NCBI GenBank assembly: GCA_003971905.1
Contig: RSEE01000023.1
Coordinates: 496,001 to 560,000 of the forward strand
Reading direction: 5' to 3'
Source: Moniliella sp. 'wahieum'
Taxonomy: Eukaryota
Length of the DNA: 64,000 nucleotides
Part shown: piece after piece, positions 10,801 to 24,799 of the stretch
How the letters are laid out: each line of letters starts with the position of its first letter
Position numbering within the stretch: the first letter of the stretch is position 1
Translations under genes and position numbers: made by a program
The notes under the pieces: model-generated
Database searches by the model: none
What the model was told of the DNA's origin: nothing
Seen by the model: the letters and a program-made list of their open reading frames with translations, nothing else

Positions 10801-13800
10801 GCAACCACTGGGTCGAGGTACGCCAGGCCGAACCAATGGTGGAGCTCGGGCTTGTTGTCCTCCGGTTCAGACACAGGGTCCTTGGGCGGAGAGCTGGGTG
10901 GCAGACTCTGCAGGAGGAGGTAAGTGTCACCGAAGCTGGGGACCGGCTTGACGACTTGTTCTCGGCAATCACGGGGAAGGGTCAGTGACGCGGCGGGGGT
11001 AACGAGCGCCTGAGCCTTGCCCAGCTCATGTTGGACAACAGTAGCTTGCTCCCCGTGCTCGATTGGAGCGATCCTTGGCTCTTTTTCCGCATCAGCGAGA
11101 GCGCAGCCGAAGTCAACCGGACTTTATTCGGTGTTTGCTCTGTCTTGGGTGGACTCACCGTGTCTGCCGCAGCGCTGGTAGCAAGAGAAGCACGTTTAGA
11201 TTCCTCTGGTAAGCGGGAGGTGACCTCGGGTAGATTCGGCAGGTCCGAGTGGCGCATGCGTGCGTTCGATGGGGATCTCCAGGACCCCGTGACCAAAGTG
11301 GGGATGGCCAGGGATCCCGAGGAAGCTTTGGGGCCCGTTCTTTCGCCAGTCTCCGCGAGTGTGTAGGGGAACGTGGAGCGGAGAGGTGCCCCGGGTTGAT
11401 AGGGAAGGCAACTGGGGACTGGGAGTATGCCGGCTCCCTCTCCTCCCCGAGGGGTAATCGCGGCCGAAGGACGATGCGTTGGTCCGGTCCATTCCGCGCC
11501 TCCACATCCGCCATGACTCCTCGGTCGAAGATAGCACGAGCAAGGCCGGTGTCAACTCTGTATCTGCGGCCTTGGCTGCCGCATAGAGAGGAGTGATGCC
11601 CTGTCCCGGCGAGGCCGACAAGGCTTGGTCTACCCTTGAGTCGGGAAAGTCAACCGTGAGATACGTGGAAGGGGAGACACTAGCCATCGATCCGTACCGT
11701 TGGTTGCGTTGGGCGCGGCGATCTGGGCCATGGTGGACTTTGAGTGGACGGGGATGCTAAAGGGAGGGAACGGGGGTTGACCTTGTTTGGTACAGATGCC
11801 ATGTCCAGATAAGGAATGGATATGCCCGCCACTTGGTTTTCCATCACGCCCATCATCTGGATATCGTACATCTTCGATCGGGGCACGAACCGGTCTTCAC
11901 GGAATGGCTTGTCCCGCTGCACATTGAAGAATGAACAGTCAATCCAATGGGGCAGAGAGTAAAACATGATCTTGGATGACTGCACGCGGCCATTCCTTCG
12001 CCCGCCACGCTGGGACTCTTCTTCATCGCTTCCAGCTGAGGAAGAAGGATCGTCGTAGTACAGCGGATCAGGGGGCTTGGTATCCCCCCCGTACCATCCA
12101 CCGTTGTTTCACGCAACCGGTTGACACGAGGCATGATGCCTGAACCCATACCAAATGTATGCCGAGCATTACTGAACGATTGACCAAAGGAGGAGCGTGA
12201 CCCGGCAAAGGTCATGTTGTTTGGTCCGGGATTCCATGGCCGAGAGCCGTCCCCGCTTGGGTTGAGTGGCCGCGTCCTTTGCCAGTGGGTGCATCCACAT
12301 CAGGCACCGAAGACCAGAACTGGAAGAGTGGGACAGAATGGAGGGGCATCTTGGTCAGACAGACCAAGTCCAGTGCCACACCACTTTCGACATGCGCTCG
12401 GTAGTGGCGCGCAGCAGCTGCTTGGGCACTCGAAGCGTCCCGTGCCACACTAACGATGGTGATACTGATCCGGTCGATTCAGGTCGCGGTCAACATAGTT
12501 GCGGTCAAACGGGTTGAGCGCGAGGTTGACTGCCTCAAGAATGTTGCCTTCGTAACTCGCGCAAGCTTGCCTGCAGTGAGGTAGATCGGTGATAAGGTCG
12601 TGATGGGGATGGGCGTGTTGGGGCGCTGGGCCGGATACGGGCGGCGGATAATGAGAATGTCGTGTTGGAAACGAAACACTTCTTCCTTCAGACGGCCCAT
12701 CACGTCCACCCAATTTGCGCCGGATCTGAGTCAAGAATGACCTTGTAGTAGTCCACGTAGCCCTTCCTCGTTCATCACGTCGCACCGGCCAGTCCTCAAT
12801 CATGTGTAGCTCGTGCTCTTCGAACAAAACGCGACCGAAGAGAATGACGCTGACCAGATGATTCGTTGGGACCGCGCTCCAGCCCGAAGAAGTTCGGGGA
12901 GAAACCCATGGATGCCTTTTCGTTATATAGTTCACCATCTTCGTCAAAGTCCCACATCTCCTTGCTCATCTGGATAAAAATAAAACTTGGCGCTGCCGAT
13001 CGAAAGATGGTTTTAGTAGAGGCTGACACGTAGCCAGAAGAAACAGTGCGCTCCTTGATGAAGATGCGTCCCACCGTGGCACGCACCAGGTTGGAGGGCA
13101 ACTTTTTGCCCCACGTACACACACGTGTCCTCCAACTGTAGTGACAGGCGCCACATGTCGGCGCGTCCGATGAACTGGTCGCGAAAGTAGAGCTCAACGT
13201 GGGAGATGGTGTGCTCCTCGACGGGTACCTGGGAGGGGGGAAGGGAAGGCAAATGTCAGTTGTCGGTGCGTCGCACACAATCGAACGAAAGGGAAAGCGT
13301 ACACGCGTGATGAGAACTTCGGTATTGGTGCGCATGCCCATCGCATTGCCAATTGAACGAGAGAGGGAGATGTCCAAGCCGGTATCGGCCTCTAGCATCT
13401 CGCTGAACTGATCCGCCTCTTGCAGCGCGTAGCTCCAACGAAACACGATGGAGGGCAAGGGCAGCGCATCGAAGCGCCGGTTGTGGGGCGTGGCGGACCC
13501 GAGTAGGAGGACACGTCGGCGGCGTTGGTAAAGCGCAGCGCCCATCAGCTGGGGTGTTGTTGAAGTTGTTGGGACCAAGGGGCCGGGACGAGGAGCGGAG
13601 CTCCGGGTGGGCGTCTGCCGGGTTGGCCAGGCGGACCTCGAGGAGCATGTTGTCGCTCATCGGACCACCCATGTCGCGGTCGGGGTTGATGGCGATGTCG
13701 GACGAGAACTGCGGGTAGCGCTGGTGGCGCGTTCGTTCTAGCGCATGAGGCGAGACGGGGTCGTGGATGCGGGCGAGGAGGAGAACGGGCTCGGGGATGG

Positions 13801-13955
13801 AGGGGCCGCCGGCGCCCAGGTCGCAGAGCGGGTGGTGTGGCGCGACGAGGAGCGGCGACGGCTGGCGGCCCCGGCGGTACCACACCGGGGGTGCGCCCGC
13901 CAGCGGCATAGCCAGCGTCCACGTGCCGGTCGCGCTCGCCAGGGGGGGGGCGCAT
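7812..13955 (-). CDS. IML1: GATOR1/SEACIT subunit Iml1 (DEPDC5 homologue)
   Basis: [75 protein letters not shown] domain [37 protein letters not shown]. Confidence 0.92.
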
Positions 13956-15653
13956 GACGGGATGGGGGCGGTGGTCAGCGCTTGAGTGCCGGTGATGGCG
14001 GTGCGCTTTGGGCGGATGGGGTCACGTGCTGGGGTGCGCTGGGCCGCGTTCCGCTGGCTACGAGCTGGTCACCGATCACACCACGCGTCGCGGGGGCTGG
14101 GCGGGACGCGGGACACTCGTCACACGTCACGCGTCACGCGTCACCGCGTCACTAGTCACTGCCCCTGCCCACGCCCCCGTCGCAGCATGCCGCCTTCGTT
14201 CCGCCCGTCTCGGGTTCGACTTGCTTACTGGACGCTCGACGCTCTGCAGGGGTAGTGGGCGCGCCGCGCACCGCTGGCTGAGGTGCTCAGGACAGCCTCG
14301 ACATCAACGCTTCTGATGAGATCGATGAGACCTGGAGTCCAGATGGTCCTCGAGGGTGATGCAATCGCACTGGTGGTGGTGGTGGACTAATTCAGCCAGC
14401 AATGCCTACAGAGGAACTTCTTCCAGCAGCGAGTCGCCACCAGGGGCTAAGCTGCGATTGAAGCAAGGAAAAAGCAAGAGAGATAAAACAATGGAACTCC
14501 TAGGCTTGAAGAGGAACTGAAGGGACGTTGGCCAAAGCACGAGCCACCCGGTAGTGGCTCAACAGCTTCCCCCTTCACCCCTACACGCGTATTTGCCTGT
14601 CCGGAGTAGATAATCCAAGCCCGCATGTGCGGCACGAATGGCATCTGATGAATTCGATGACCCAGAAGATTCTCGTAACTATGATGCATTGCATACGTTT
14701 TGGACATTGAGGAAATCCTGGTCCGAGGGTAATCTCGTTCACACTAGCAGAGCCCCGACCACGAATCGCCAGGGGAGCTGGAGGGCACAGATGGTGAGGC
14801 TTACTTGAAATGGTGAGAGGTGTGTCATGGGACCGGATCCGAGGTGGGGACTTGCCCAGACAGTAAACAAAGAGGTGAGTGTGCGTGGGCAGCTTTACGT
14901 CTCTGAGAAGGGGATATATAATCGTCCTCATAAGAAGAGGATTATACTGACCTGAGGGAAATATAGTTTTGTGGGTCATATTCAACCCTAGTGGATGAGC
15001 GGAACGGAGGCAAGCGATCTGGGCGGAATGGTAGGAACGGACGCCCATGCACATTTGGTGGCTAGATCGTGCTAGGGTGCGACTTGGGAGGACTCGGCGA
15101 CCCTATACCTCAGATGCAAAGCAACCTTCATACAGCTCGTGAAGGAAAGTGGTGAGCCACACGTCTCCGAGCTAGCAACGTCTGAAGGGAAGGAAACATG
15201 AAGAGAGGAGGTAGATGGAGCGAGGACGGGAGCGCAGCCTGCGAGCGGAATTCTTCCGCCCGGCTAAGCGAGCGTAACCGCGTCACCGATCATGGATCAT
15301 CGATCAACAGAGGGCCGTGCAGGGGAACCCTAGCACCACCTTCCAATAGATCGGACCAAGAACTAGAATTGCAACGCAGCCCCACGGGAGCCAGCACGGG
15401 GGCGGTCTTCAGCTAGGTTTCCCTAGGCTTCTGTGGTTTCAACCTGATTTCGCACCCCGCCAGTGTTGCCGACCAGTGATGCTCTGGCAACTGCTAATGT
15501 GCGGGGACTGCCTCATCCGCGCTACTGGTCCCACACTGTCCCCGTGCCTCGAGGATATTTTTTCTGCCGCAGCAATCTTCTGCCCCGCCTTAAAACCACG
15601 CCGCCGACCCCCGGGCCGGCCTCTTTCACCACCGCCACCGTACTACATTCGCC

Positions 15654-17105
15654 ATGGGTAAGGAAAAGGTACGTCCTGTGCAGAGCACTGTTCCTTCTTG
15701 GCCGTCCCAAGCACCATGCTAACCACCGCTCCCATTTCAGCTTCACGTTAACGTCGTTGTCATCGGCCACGTCGACTCCGGCAAGTCGACCACGACCGGC
15801 CACCTCATCTACAAGTGCGGTGGTATCGACAAGCGTACCATTGAGAAGTTCGAGAAGGAGGCTGCTGAGCTCGGCAAGGGTTCGTTCAAGTACGCCTGGG
15901 TGCTCGACAAGCTCAAGGCTGAGCGTGAGCGTGGTATCACCATCGACATTGCCCTGTGGAAGTTCGAGACCCCCAAGTACCAGGTCACTGTCATTGACGC
16001 CCCCGGCCACCGTGACTTCATCAAAATGATCACGGGTACCTCGCAGGCCGACTGCGCCATTCTCATCATTGCCGCCGGCACTGGTGAGTTCGAGGCTGGT
16101 ATCTCCAAGGACGGCCAGACCCGTGAGCACGCCCTGCTCGCCTTCACCCTTGGTGTGCGCCAGCTCATCGTTGCCGTCAACAAGATGGACGCTACCAAGT
16201 ACTCGGAGGACCGCTTCAACGAGATCATCAAGGAGACCTCGACCTTCATCAAGAAGGTCGGCTTTAACCCCAAGTCGGTTCCCTTCGTCCCCATCTCGGG
16301 CTGGAACGGTGACAACATGATTGAGGCCACCACCAACATGCCCTGGTACAAGGGTTGGGAGAAGGAGACCAAGGCTGGCAAGGCCACGGGCAAGACCCTC
16401 CTTGACGCCATTGACGCCATTGACCCCCCCTCGCGCCCCACCGACAAGCCCCTGCGTCTCCCCCTGCAGGACGTGTACAAGATCGGCGGTATCGGCACTG
16501 TCCCCGTCGGCCGTGTCGAGACGGGTGTGATCAAGCCCGGCATGGTCGTTACCTTCGCTCCCGCCAACGTGACTACTGAAGTCAAGTCGGTCGAGATGCA
16601 CCACGAGTCGCTCCCCGAGGGTCTCCCCGGTGACAACGTTGGTTTCAACGTCAAGAACGTCTCGGTCAAGGACATCCGCCGTGGTAACGTTGCTGGTGAC
16701 TCGAAGAACGACCCCCCCATGGAGGCTGCCTCGTTCAACGCCCAGGTCATCATCATGAACCACCCTGGCCAGATCTCGAACGGCTACTCGCCCGTTCTTG
16801 ACTGCCACACGGCCCACATTGCTTGCAAGTTCGACTCCATCCTTACCAAGATGGACCGTCGTTCGGGTAAGACCATTGAGGAGACCCCCAAGTTCATCAA
16901 GTCGGGTGACGCTGCCATGGTCAAGATGATCCCCACCAAGCCCATGTGCGTCGAGGCCTTCAACGAGTACCCCCCTCTCGGCCGTTTCGCCGTCCGTGAC
17001 ATGCGCCAGACCGTGGCTGTCGGTGTCATCAAGTCGGTTGAGAAGACCTCCGGCAAGGGTGGCAAGACCACCAAGGCCGCTGAGAAGGCCGGCAAGAAGA
17101 AGTAA
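15654..17105 (+). CDS. TEF1: Translation elongation factor 1-alpha (intron after MGKEK)
   Basis: [65 protein letters not shown]; strong codon bias. Confidence 0.99.
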
Positions 17106-18014
17106 GCGGTTGGTTTCGCTAGGCTTTCTTGAGCTTCTCTTCCCACTGTTGCGTTCTCGATCCCGGGTTCGTTATGGAAAGGAGCTAAAAAAAAACCACC
17201 CATCTCTTTCCCCTCTTCGCCCGAGAGCAAGCCTCGGAGTGTGCTTGTACCCCCTTCCCTCGCTTTAGCCTTGTGCCTGTCGGCGTCTGGCTCGTATTAC
17301 ATCTCTCCAGGTGTTAAATCATTGTGCCTTTCTTTAGCAGGAGTAGCATTTCTCGTAGCTTGAGTGATATACGATTGATCAACGAAGGAGCCAGTAGGAG
17401 CCAGTTGCTTGGCTAACTTCGGGTGTGTCTTGTGGAAGGGAAGGAAGGGAAGCACAGGACCAGGGCAGGCGTCTATAAGACGAGCGGAAGAGGCGGAACA
17501 CCGAGTGCTGCCCAAGTCTGTCGGGGCAGCCAGCCGTTCGGTTAGTGGGTTGAACACGTTGACATGTGCCCTAGCCTGAGGCTTGAGTTCCAGGTGATCA
17601 ACGCGGAAGGTTGGTTGAGGTCTCCATCTGAGGCTTGAGGCTCAGGTGTCAAGCCCCGAGTGCCCCGGAGGCCTGACGCGACGGGAGAATGTTGAAGGTT
17701 ACCGAGGCCAATATGGGTGAGCGGTTCGCAATATTAGCAGCGTAGGAGTTGACACTCTGCTGCGACTCTGTATGCCCACGCTACTAATGGGTCAAGCATC
17801 CATCCGTGTTTTACTACATGGTGGCGGAAGCCAAGGTCCGGTCCCGCTGTGCCAACGTTCGTGACAAGGACGAGGGGGAATGGGCAGTGGGGGCCAAAGA
17901 GACAAGGGAGAGCAAGGGACAAGCAAATGACAAAGGCCGGGACGAGAGACGTGACCCTGTGACACGAGAAGAGACGAAGCGAAGCAAGGCAAGGCAAGCC
18001 AAGGCGAAGCAAGG

Positions 18015-19571
18015 CTATGCCGACGTTCCTCATGCGATCCCCGGCGGCTCGCCACGACCGATTGCACCCGGCTGGCGTTCAGGCTAGCAGCGGCACTGCG
18101 TGCATCGGCGACCTTCTTGAGTTTGGCATCCAGTGCATGCGACTTGTACACATCCACGATCCGCGCAAGAAGCTCTGAGGTGCTGACGCCCGGGGTGCGG
18201 CGGGTGGGGAGGAAGCGGCCTTGGTCTTTGACGAAGCGGTACGTCCGCCGCACCGGCCGGACCCGCATACGGTTCTTCGTCGTGCGCCACATAATCAATC
18301 TGCAGCGCATCGAGCAACTTTTGGTCCACCACCCACGGTGCGTCCTCCAGCACTTCGTCCACCCAACGGCAATTGGCCACCGCGGCGTACCGCTCGGCTG
18401 AACTCATCACCGGTTCGTTCTTGTGTGCCTTGCACGCCGCACTCGAGCAAACGCCAACAATCAAGTGCACACAGGGGAAAGCAAGCTTGGCCTGGCGCAA
18501 CTGCAGCGCATGGGCATAGTGGAACAGATCGTACACCCCATCCGCATAGATCCGCACCGGCTGCGCTGGGTCCCGACCATCGCCGACAGGGCGGGCGATG
18601 GAGTAGTCGCGCTGCCCCTCGACGGGGTGGTAGATGGCATCGTGGAACCAGGTCCGGATCTCGCTCACCGACGCAGGCACCAGAGGTTCTTGCGCCTGCT
18701 CCGACTTGAGCCGTTCCGGGTACTCTCCCCATGAAGAACGGGGAACCGGGCTGGGCGCCGTACCGCCCGTCAGCGGAGGGGGCACGCTCGACGCCAGCGG
18801 GGCCGGGTGGGCCGGGCGAGCGGCAAATTCCACGTCGCCATCGTACGGGGTGGTGCTATCGGGCACGTTGGGGTTCAAGTCCAGGTGGGCATGGCCATAC
18901 CGTGGACCGGGCCCCACGTCTCGGCTGCTGAGCGAGGCCGAGGTGTAGCCGCCTTGGTGTGGCGCCTCATCCGAGGCAAGCGATGCATCTGCATCGCTCT
19001 GCGGCGCCGCACGGTGGGAACGGCCCTCTCGCCCGTCCTCGGCGGGGGGGATGGGGCCACTGGCCAGGTCCGTCCGCAAATCCAACTCGCCACGCGGTGT
19101 GCTCACGCCAGGCGCCGAATCGGGCACGACCAGCACGGCTGGCGGAGCTTGGTCCGAAGTGGGAACGGTAGCAGCACCGTTGCCCGTTCCCATCGCCTCT
19201 ACTGCCGCCGTCTGGGACGAGGGAACGGCAGATGCAGCGGCAGTGGCGGCGGTGGCGAGCAGCGACCGCTCGCCCAAAGCCTCGTGCTCGCCCGGCGGCG
19301 CTTCGCGGATCACACCCAGGGGTGCGCTGCGGCGACGGGGACGGGTATTGCCGGCGGTACGCGGGCTGACGGGCCCATCAGAGGGGGCATCGGCATCGGC
19401 ATCGGCATCGGCGTCGTCATTGTCCTCTTCGCTGGCATCACGACTGGAGCTGATGAAGGGGGGCTCGTCCAAGGCCTCGTCGTCGGCGGTGCGGGAGGAA
19501 CGCTCTTTGCGGTGGGCCGCATGGGCGTGGGCATGGTGGGCGTGGAGGAAGGAGCGGGTGGTGGCCGCCAT
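18015..19571 (-). CDS. PCT1: Choline-phosphate cytidylyltransferase with long disordered N-terminus
   Basis: PVRIYADGVYDLFHYAHALQLRQAK, CRWVDEVLEDAPWV, IDYVAHDEEPY, FLPTRRTPGVSTSELLARIV; 3' end approximate. Confidence 0.9.
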
Positions 19572-20431
19572 GGTGGGGGGGGGGGGGGGGGGGGGGGAGG
19601 GGGGGGCGCAGGGGGCAAAGAAGCGGTGCGGGACGAGTGGAGTGGTGTCGCTGCCGGCGAGAGGGCAGGCAATCGAGCAGATGCGAGTGGGTTGGTTAGG
19701 CTTAGGATGGTTGGTGTGTGATCGCATCGGTGATCGTGGGATAATTTGCAGGCACAGGCACCGTTTCAAATTTCACCGCCACATGCCAGGGCGCCTTGGG
19801 CGCAGCCTGACGCAGCCCCACAGCCAAGCGGAGCGTCGGGACGCTTGCCAAGCTATTCAGCTGAATGTTTCGATTGCCATTGAATCCGGACGATGATGCA
19901 TGATGCATGATGCATGATGAATGCTTCCCGCGTCTGCCCAGCTGCCTGCCCCTGCATCTGCCCACCCGCCCCATTCACGCGCCCGCGCGCCGCGCCGCGC
20001 GAGCTTACGTCAGTCGCATGCCACTCCCCGGCGGCTACTGCCGCCCCATGCTCCGCGCCGGCCAGAAGCTTTCCCGTCTTCCCGCCCTCCGCCTTCTGGC
20101 CTGGCAGTGGGGTGTTTTGAAGTACGTCAGCGGCAGTTCACAATCCGCGGAGCTGACATAAGGTAGCCGGGAGCCGATTCCCTGTTAACCCTAACTGGCG
20201 GCAGCCGGCAACCAGATGCTTTTTGTACATTTCATAATCTCAGCGCACAGGTAACGCTGGATTCCAAGGCGCTCCCATCGTGCATCGCTGCGGAGACAGG
20301 CTGTATATATACACGCGGGGTCTGTCTGCCGCATACGCACGCAGGCGCTCTGCATGCGTGTGCGCAACATCTCATTCGGCCTCCGTGGCAGCCACGCGCC
20401 AGCCAAAGCGTCGTCGAAGCACCGGGAGCGC

Positions 20432-22842
20432 CTACGCCGACGGCGCCAGCGCTTGCAACGCCGGCTCCTGCTCGATGCTGGGCATGGTATCGGTGATCAG
20501 GTCCCACGGCTTTTGCCGCCGCCATAGGCCAACAGGTTGTGCTTGTACCGGTCCCCCGACGCGCGCAGCAGCTCGGGCCGATCCGCCGTCGGCGCAAACA
20601 GCTGTCCATACAGGGCCTGCGCAATCGTCCGTCCAGCGGGTAGGAGTAGTACGCGGCCGGGTAGGATGCCAAGTGGCCGAACCGGCCCTGCCAGTCCAGC
20701 CCGCGTGCAAACGGAAGCTTGCCATACCGCGCATGCGTCGCCTCAAACACTGCCGTGCTCGCCGAGGGTGTGTGGCCCGCCCACGTCCCCTGCGGCGGAG
20801 GCAAGTGCAGTGCCTGATCCAGTAGCGAGAGCATCAGCTCGTCGTGGGTCTCCAACGCAGCCAACGACCGCGTAGACGCCGTCAGCGCCTCAACCTGGGC
20901 CAGCGGAAGCGGTAGGCCCGTGCGGTAGTGCCGCGCGTACATGGGCACCACCTGGGGATGGAGCAAAAAGTGTTCCATCAGGATCGATGGCACCTCAACA
21001 AAGTCGGTCGCGCAGCGTGTCCCAGATACGTTCTGGAATCGGTACGACCCACCATAGAGTGAAGCGTGACCCATCTCGTGGAACAGCGTCTCAATCTCGC
21101 TCCAGTGCAGGTAGGACTGGCTCTCGGCCGAGGCACCGCGTTCCGGGGCGCGGAAGCTACAGAGCAACGCCACAATCGGCTGTTGATAAAACCTTGACGG
21201 TCCTTGGTCTGGGCCAAACGGCCGGTAAACAAATCCCTGCCTCCCAAAGGTCCGGTAGGAGTGATGGTCTCCTTGCCATTCTGCAACGCCAGGTCTTGTA
21301 CGGTTATCGGCACATCCCCACCCACGTCGTCCAAGTCCACGCGACGAGAGCAGCGAACGGTAAAGTGGGCGGCGCCCATCGGCTTGCCCGGGCGGTCCCA
21401 TAGGTCAGCATAGATCGTGCCGACTACGCCACCTGCATCCTCATCGTAGACTTGGAGCTTCAGAACATCTTCGTGCCATGTTTCCCCTGGAGCAGGGGTC
21501 TCGAGACGGAGATGGATGCCAAAAAGGTGTGCCAGAGCCGACTGAGACCGCTAAAGACTGTGCCCACCGTAAAGAAAGAGCCGATTCCAACCTGAGCGGG
21601 TTGGGAGCGTGCCGTATAGCGCGCAATGAGGTACTCCTTGTCCCATGGTTGCAACTTACCCGATGGGCCGACATCGGACTTGTCGCTCAATCCATTCGCC
21701 AGCAACATCTTGCTCTGCTCCGTCAGTTGGGGGGCGATGTCGTTGAGACGTGCACTGAGAAAAGCAACCACATGCTCGGGCGTCTGGGCCAGCTTGTCCT
21801 TGAGCGTCATGTGAGCAAACGATTCGTGGCCGGTGAGACGAGCAAGTTGATCCGCTGTCCAGCAACTGCTCCAAGGTGGAAACTTGCCGTGCCCCACCGG
21901 CAAAGGTGCCCATGTAGGCTAACCGACGAGCCTCAGGGTTGGGCGCCAACGAAGTATTTGCAACAGCGCTGGGCTACCGGGGGGGATGGAGATGGAGCTT
22001 CGCCAGGGGCGGGTGGAGATTGGCGCATCGCGTCGTTCAACACGTCCTTCCGCATCCCCTCTAGCAATTTCAAAGGAATCTCCGTCGAGGGTCGATCGTC
22101 CTTGAGGAACCCAGCACCATCAATCAGCCCCTGGGAAAAGGCAGTGGAGAGCTGGAGAACGTCATTGCTGAGTGCAACAAACTGTTCCGCTCACGGTCAG
22201 GGAGATGGATGGCACTTTTCTCAAAGTCGGCCAAGTACATATCCGCCACCCGCCTCCCTTCGCGGTAAGAGACGAATACAGCTCCTTGTCACTGACGACC
22301 GCCTTGAGAGGTACATGTCAACGTTCGTATTGAGTTCGTCATGTAGTTGACAAACGCCATGGGCCATCTCGGAGGCCTCGCGCCAGTCAGGTTGGGGGTG
22401 CGCAGTGCGCAGGAACTCTGCCAAGTCGATCGTCTTGCACAACAGATCCGACAGACGGTCCAAGTTGCGCACGGCTTGTTGCATGTCCCGACTCTGGTTC
22501 CCGCCCGATGAGCACGAGAGATGCGCTCGACAAGCGCCTGAGCACGAGACTTGGTGTCCTCAGCGATAAAGATAAAGTCGTAGGGTGTACGCAGCCGTCT
22601 CACCAAAAAGACCCGTCGGCTCCCCTGCTGTACCAGGGGCAGATGCGCCCGAATCAATCACAGTGCGCAATTGTCGTGTTCGTCTTGCACTGTCTGGGTA
22701 GAGTAGGGGCGAGGCAGGGGGAAGCAAGGAGGGTAGGGGTAGGGCCGAGCCAGGGTCGGTCGGTAGCCAAGAGCAGCATGCCGCCCACAAAGGGCTGCGC
22801 TGCGTGAGGTGGCAAAGAAGTCAGCCTACGGAGCGCCAGCAT
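20432..22842 (-). CDS. OCT1: Mitochondrial intermediate peptidase (M3 metallopeptidase)
   Basis: VRNLDRLSDLLCKTIDLAEFLRTAHP, GAAHFTVRCSRR, ETLFHEMGHA (HExxH), NVSGTRCATDFVEVPSILMEHF, WQGRFGHL. Confidence 0.93.
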
Positions 22843-23155
22843 CCTGGTAGTGGTGGACGCTGCCGCCTGCGTTATCGTGCTGGGCGAATGGTTGGCGGGT
22901 GGCACGCAGCTCGGGTGCATCCGGCGTCCAAATTCATGGCGTCCCAGCCTCAGCCAGAATTCCCAGGTCGCCGGTGGCCACAGTTGCACCGAAGTTATGA
23001 GGTCACGTGCCTGCAAAAGGAGCTGCGCCGGCCGAACCTGGCGTGCAAACGGCGGAGTTGCCCAATTCCGCCCGGACGCCGAGAAGGTCCGGCCGCAGGC
23101 TGGCGCCCACGGACCCAGCCCGCACCCCTACCACCACAGTCGACGCATCGTCACA

Positions 23156-24099
23156 ATGGCGTCTCGTGGCCTCATGTCGATGGGCCAGCTCGCCCGGGCG
23201 GTCATGCCCTCTTCGATCGCTGGTGTCCGCCCCCGTGTTGTGGCTCGACCTGTATCGGTATCGATGGCCGTGCGTCACGCGTCTGGCTGGCTCCACCCTG
23301 GTGTGTTGAACCCCCACCAGAAGAACATGGCCCGCAAGATGCGCGGTCGTGGTCGTGGTAACGGCCTGGGTAAGACGTCCGGTAAGGGTCAGATGGGTCA
23401 AACGTCGCGTTCGGGCCCGCGCAAGCCCGGCCTGGGTTTTGAGGGTGGCCAAACGGCCCTGACCAAACTGTTCCCCAAAAAGGGAAAGCGGAACCCTCTG
23501 GCCAAGGAGTACGCCACCGTCACTTTGGGTCGCATCCAGGAGTGGATCAAACGCGGTCTGATTAACCCGAGCCAGAAGATTACCATCCCTGTCCTTGTCC
23601 AGACCAACTGTATTCCCGTGTCCACGATGGTGTCAAGCTGTTGGCGAACAACTCGGAGTACTTTTCGACTCCGATCAACATTGAAGTAAGCCAGGCCACG
23701 GAAGAGGCTATCAAGCTAGTCGAGATCAACGATGGCACGATTACCACCCGCTATCACGGAAAGGTCTACCTGCGCTCGTTGGTCCGCCCTTTCAAGTGGC
23801 TCCACCGGGGGCGGCCGCTTCCTACGCCCCTGTTCCTTTCCGGAAGAAGGACTTGAGTACGTTTCCCCTCCTGCGCCCATTGTATTGGTCCGTGGCTCTG
23901 CTTGCCCCCAGAAACTAACCTGTGTGAATGGCCAGTGTACTACTGTTCCTTCCACCACCGCGGGTTCTTGGCCAAGGAGGCGATCTTGGGTACCAACCCC
24001 AAGCTCAATGTTTCTCTCCTTGACAAGATCGAGCCTAAGCGGAAGTACCAGCAGGAGATGACCAAGAAGTTCTTGGCCGAGCGCAAGCCGCGACGGTGA
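23156..24099 (+). CDS. Mitochondrial ribosomal protein uL15m (one intron ~23857-23936)
   Basis: RGRGRGNGLGKTSGKGQMGQ..GFEGGQTALTKLFPKKG uL15 signature; presequence-like N-terminus. Confidence 0.9.
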
Positions 24100-24799
24100 A
24101 GACGGCGCTTAAGTAGGAGCTCGTCATGAGCGATATGCATGTGGTTTGGCTCGGCGCTTTGGTTGTGTAGTAGCGAGCACGTTGGCAGTAGCTGTCTGTG
24201 GCAGCGCCCCTTTCGGCGTCGCAAACGGCGACTGATCGAACGGCGTGCTAGGTGTGTGTGTGTGTACAAGGCGCCAGGATGTAGCGCTTGTGTCGGCGGC
24301 GGCAGGGGTGAGTATGAGGTGCGCTACTGGGATCTGGTGCTGAAAGCGCAGGACACCAGCGGGGAGCACATCCTAACTACACTCGCCGGGCCGTCTGGCC
24401 GTTCTGATTGACAGCCGACGCTGCGCTTGAAACGCAGCACACAGCCCCCGCGCCTTCCTCAGCAGCGGTGCCGGCCACGGCAGCGAAGAGCACCGGCAGC
24501 GGCCATCCATGCATCCCAGTGCACATAGCAAGCAGACACTCTGCAGAGCAGCGCTAATTAACCCTTGCTGAGCAGCACAGGAGCTAAGCCCGCCCGCACC
24601 AGACCCGCACCCACCCACTGCTGTCGCCCCGCACCACGCAGGGGCTGCGCCACTGCGGGGCGCCCGCCTGTCCATTTCCATGCTTCCTTGCCTCGCCTGC
24701 GTGTGCTGCTCCTCTCCGATCTCACACCGCTTCCCTCCTCTCCTCTCCTCTCCTCTGCCCGCCCCCACCTCCTCCCTCCCCCCCCCACACACCCACACC

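Noticed and set aside
16015..16035. TEF1 lacks the invariant Asn in DFIKNMITG (reads DFIKMITG)
   Set aside because: A 3-nt loss in an AAGAAC context fits the deletion-prone assembly; not credible without reads
15522..16817. Long antisense ORFs opposite TEF1 (also opposite RPL13, PCT1, AGX1)
   Set aside because: Expected by-product of strong GC3 codon bias; no independent protein features
20186..20195. TAACCCTAAC as a telomerase RNA template
   Set aside because: Lies in a <0.9-kb spacer between two genes with no recognisable TER structure; a promoter box or chance match is more likely
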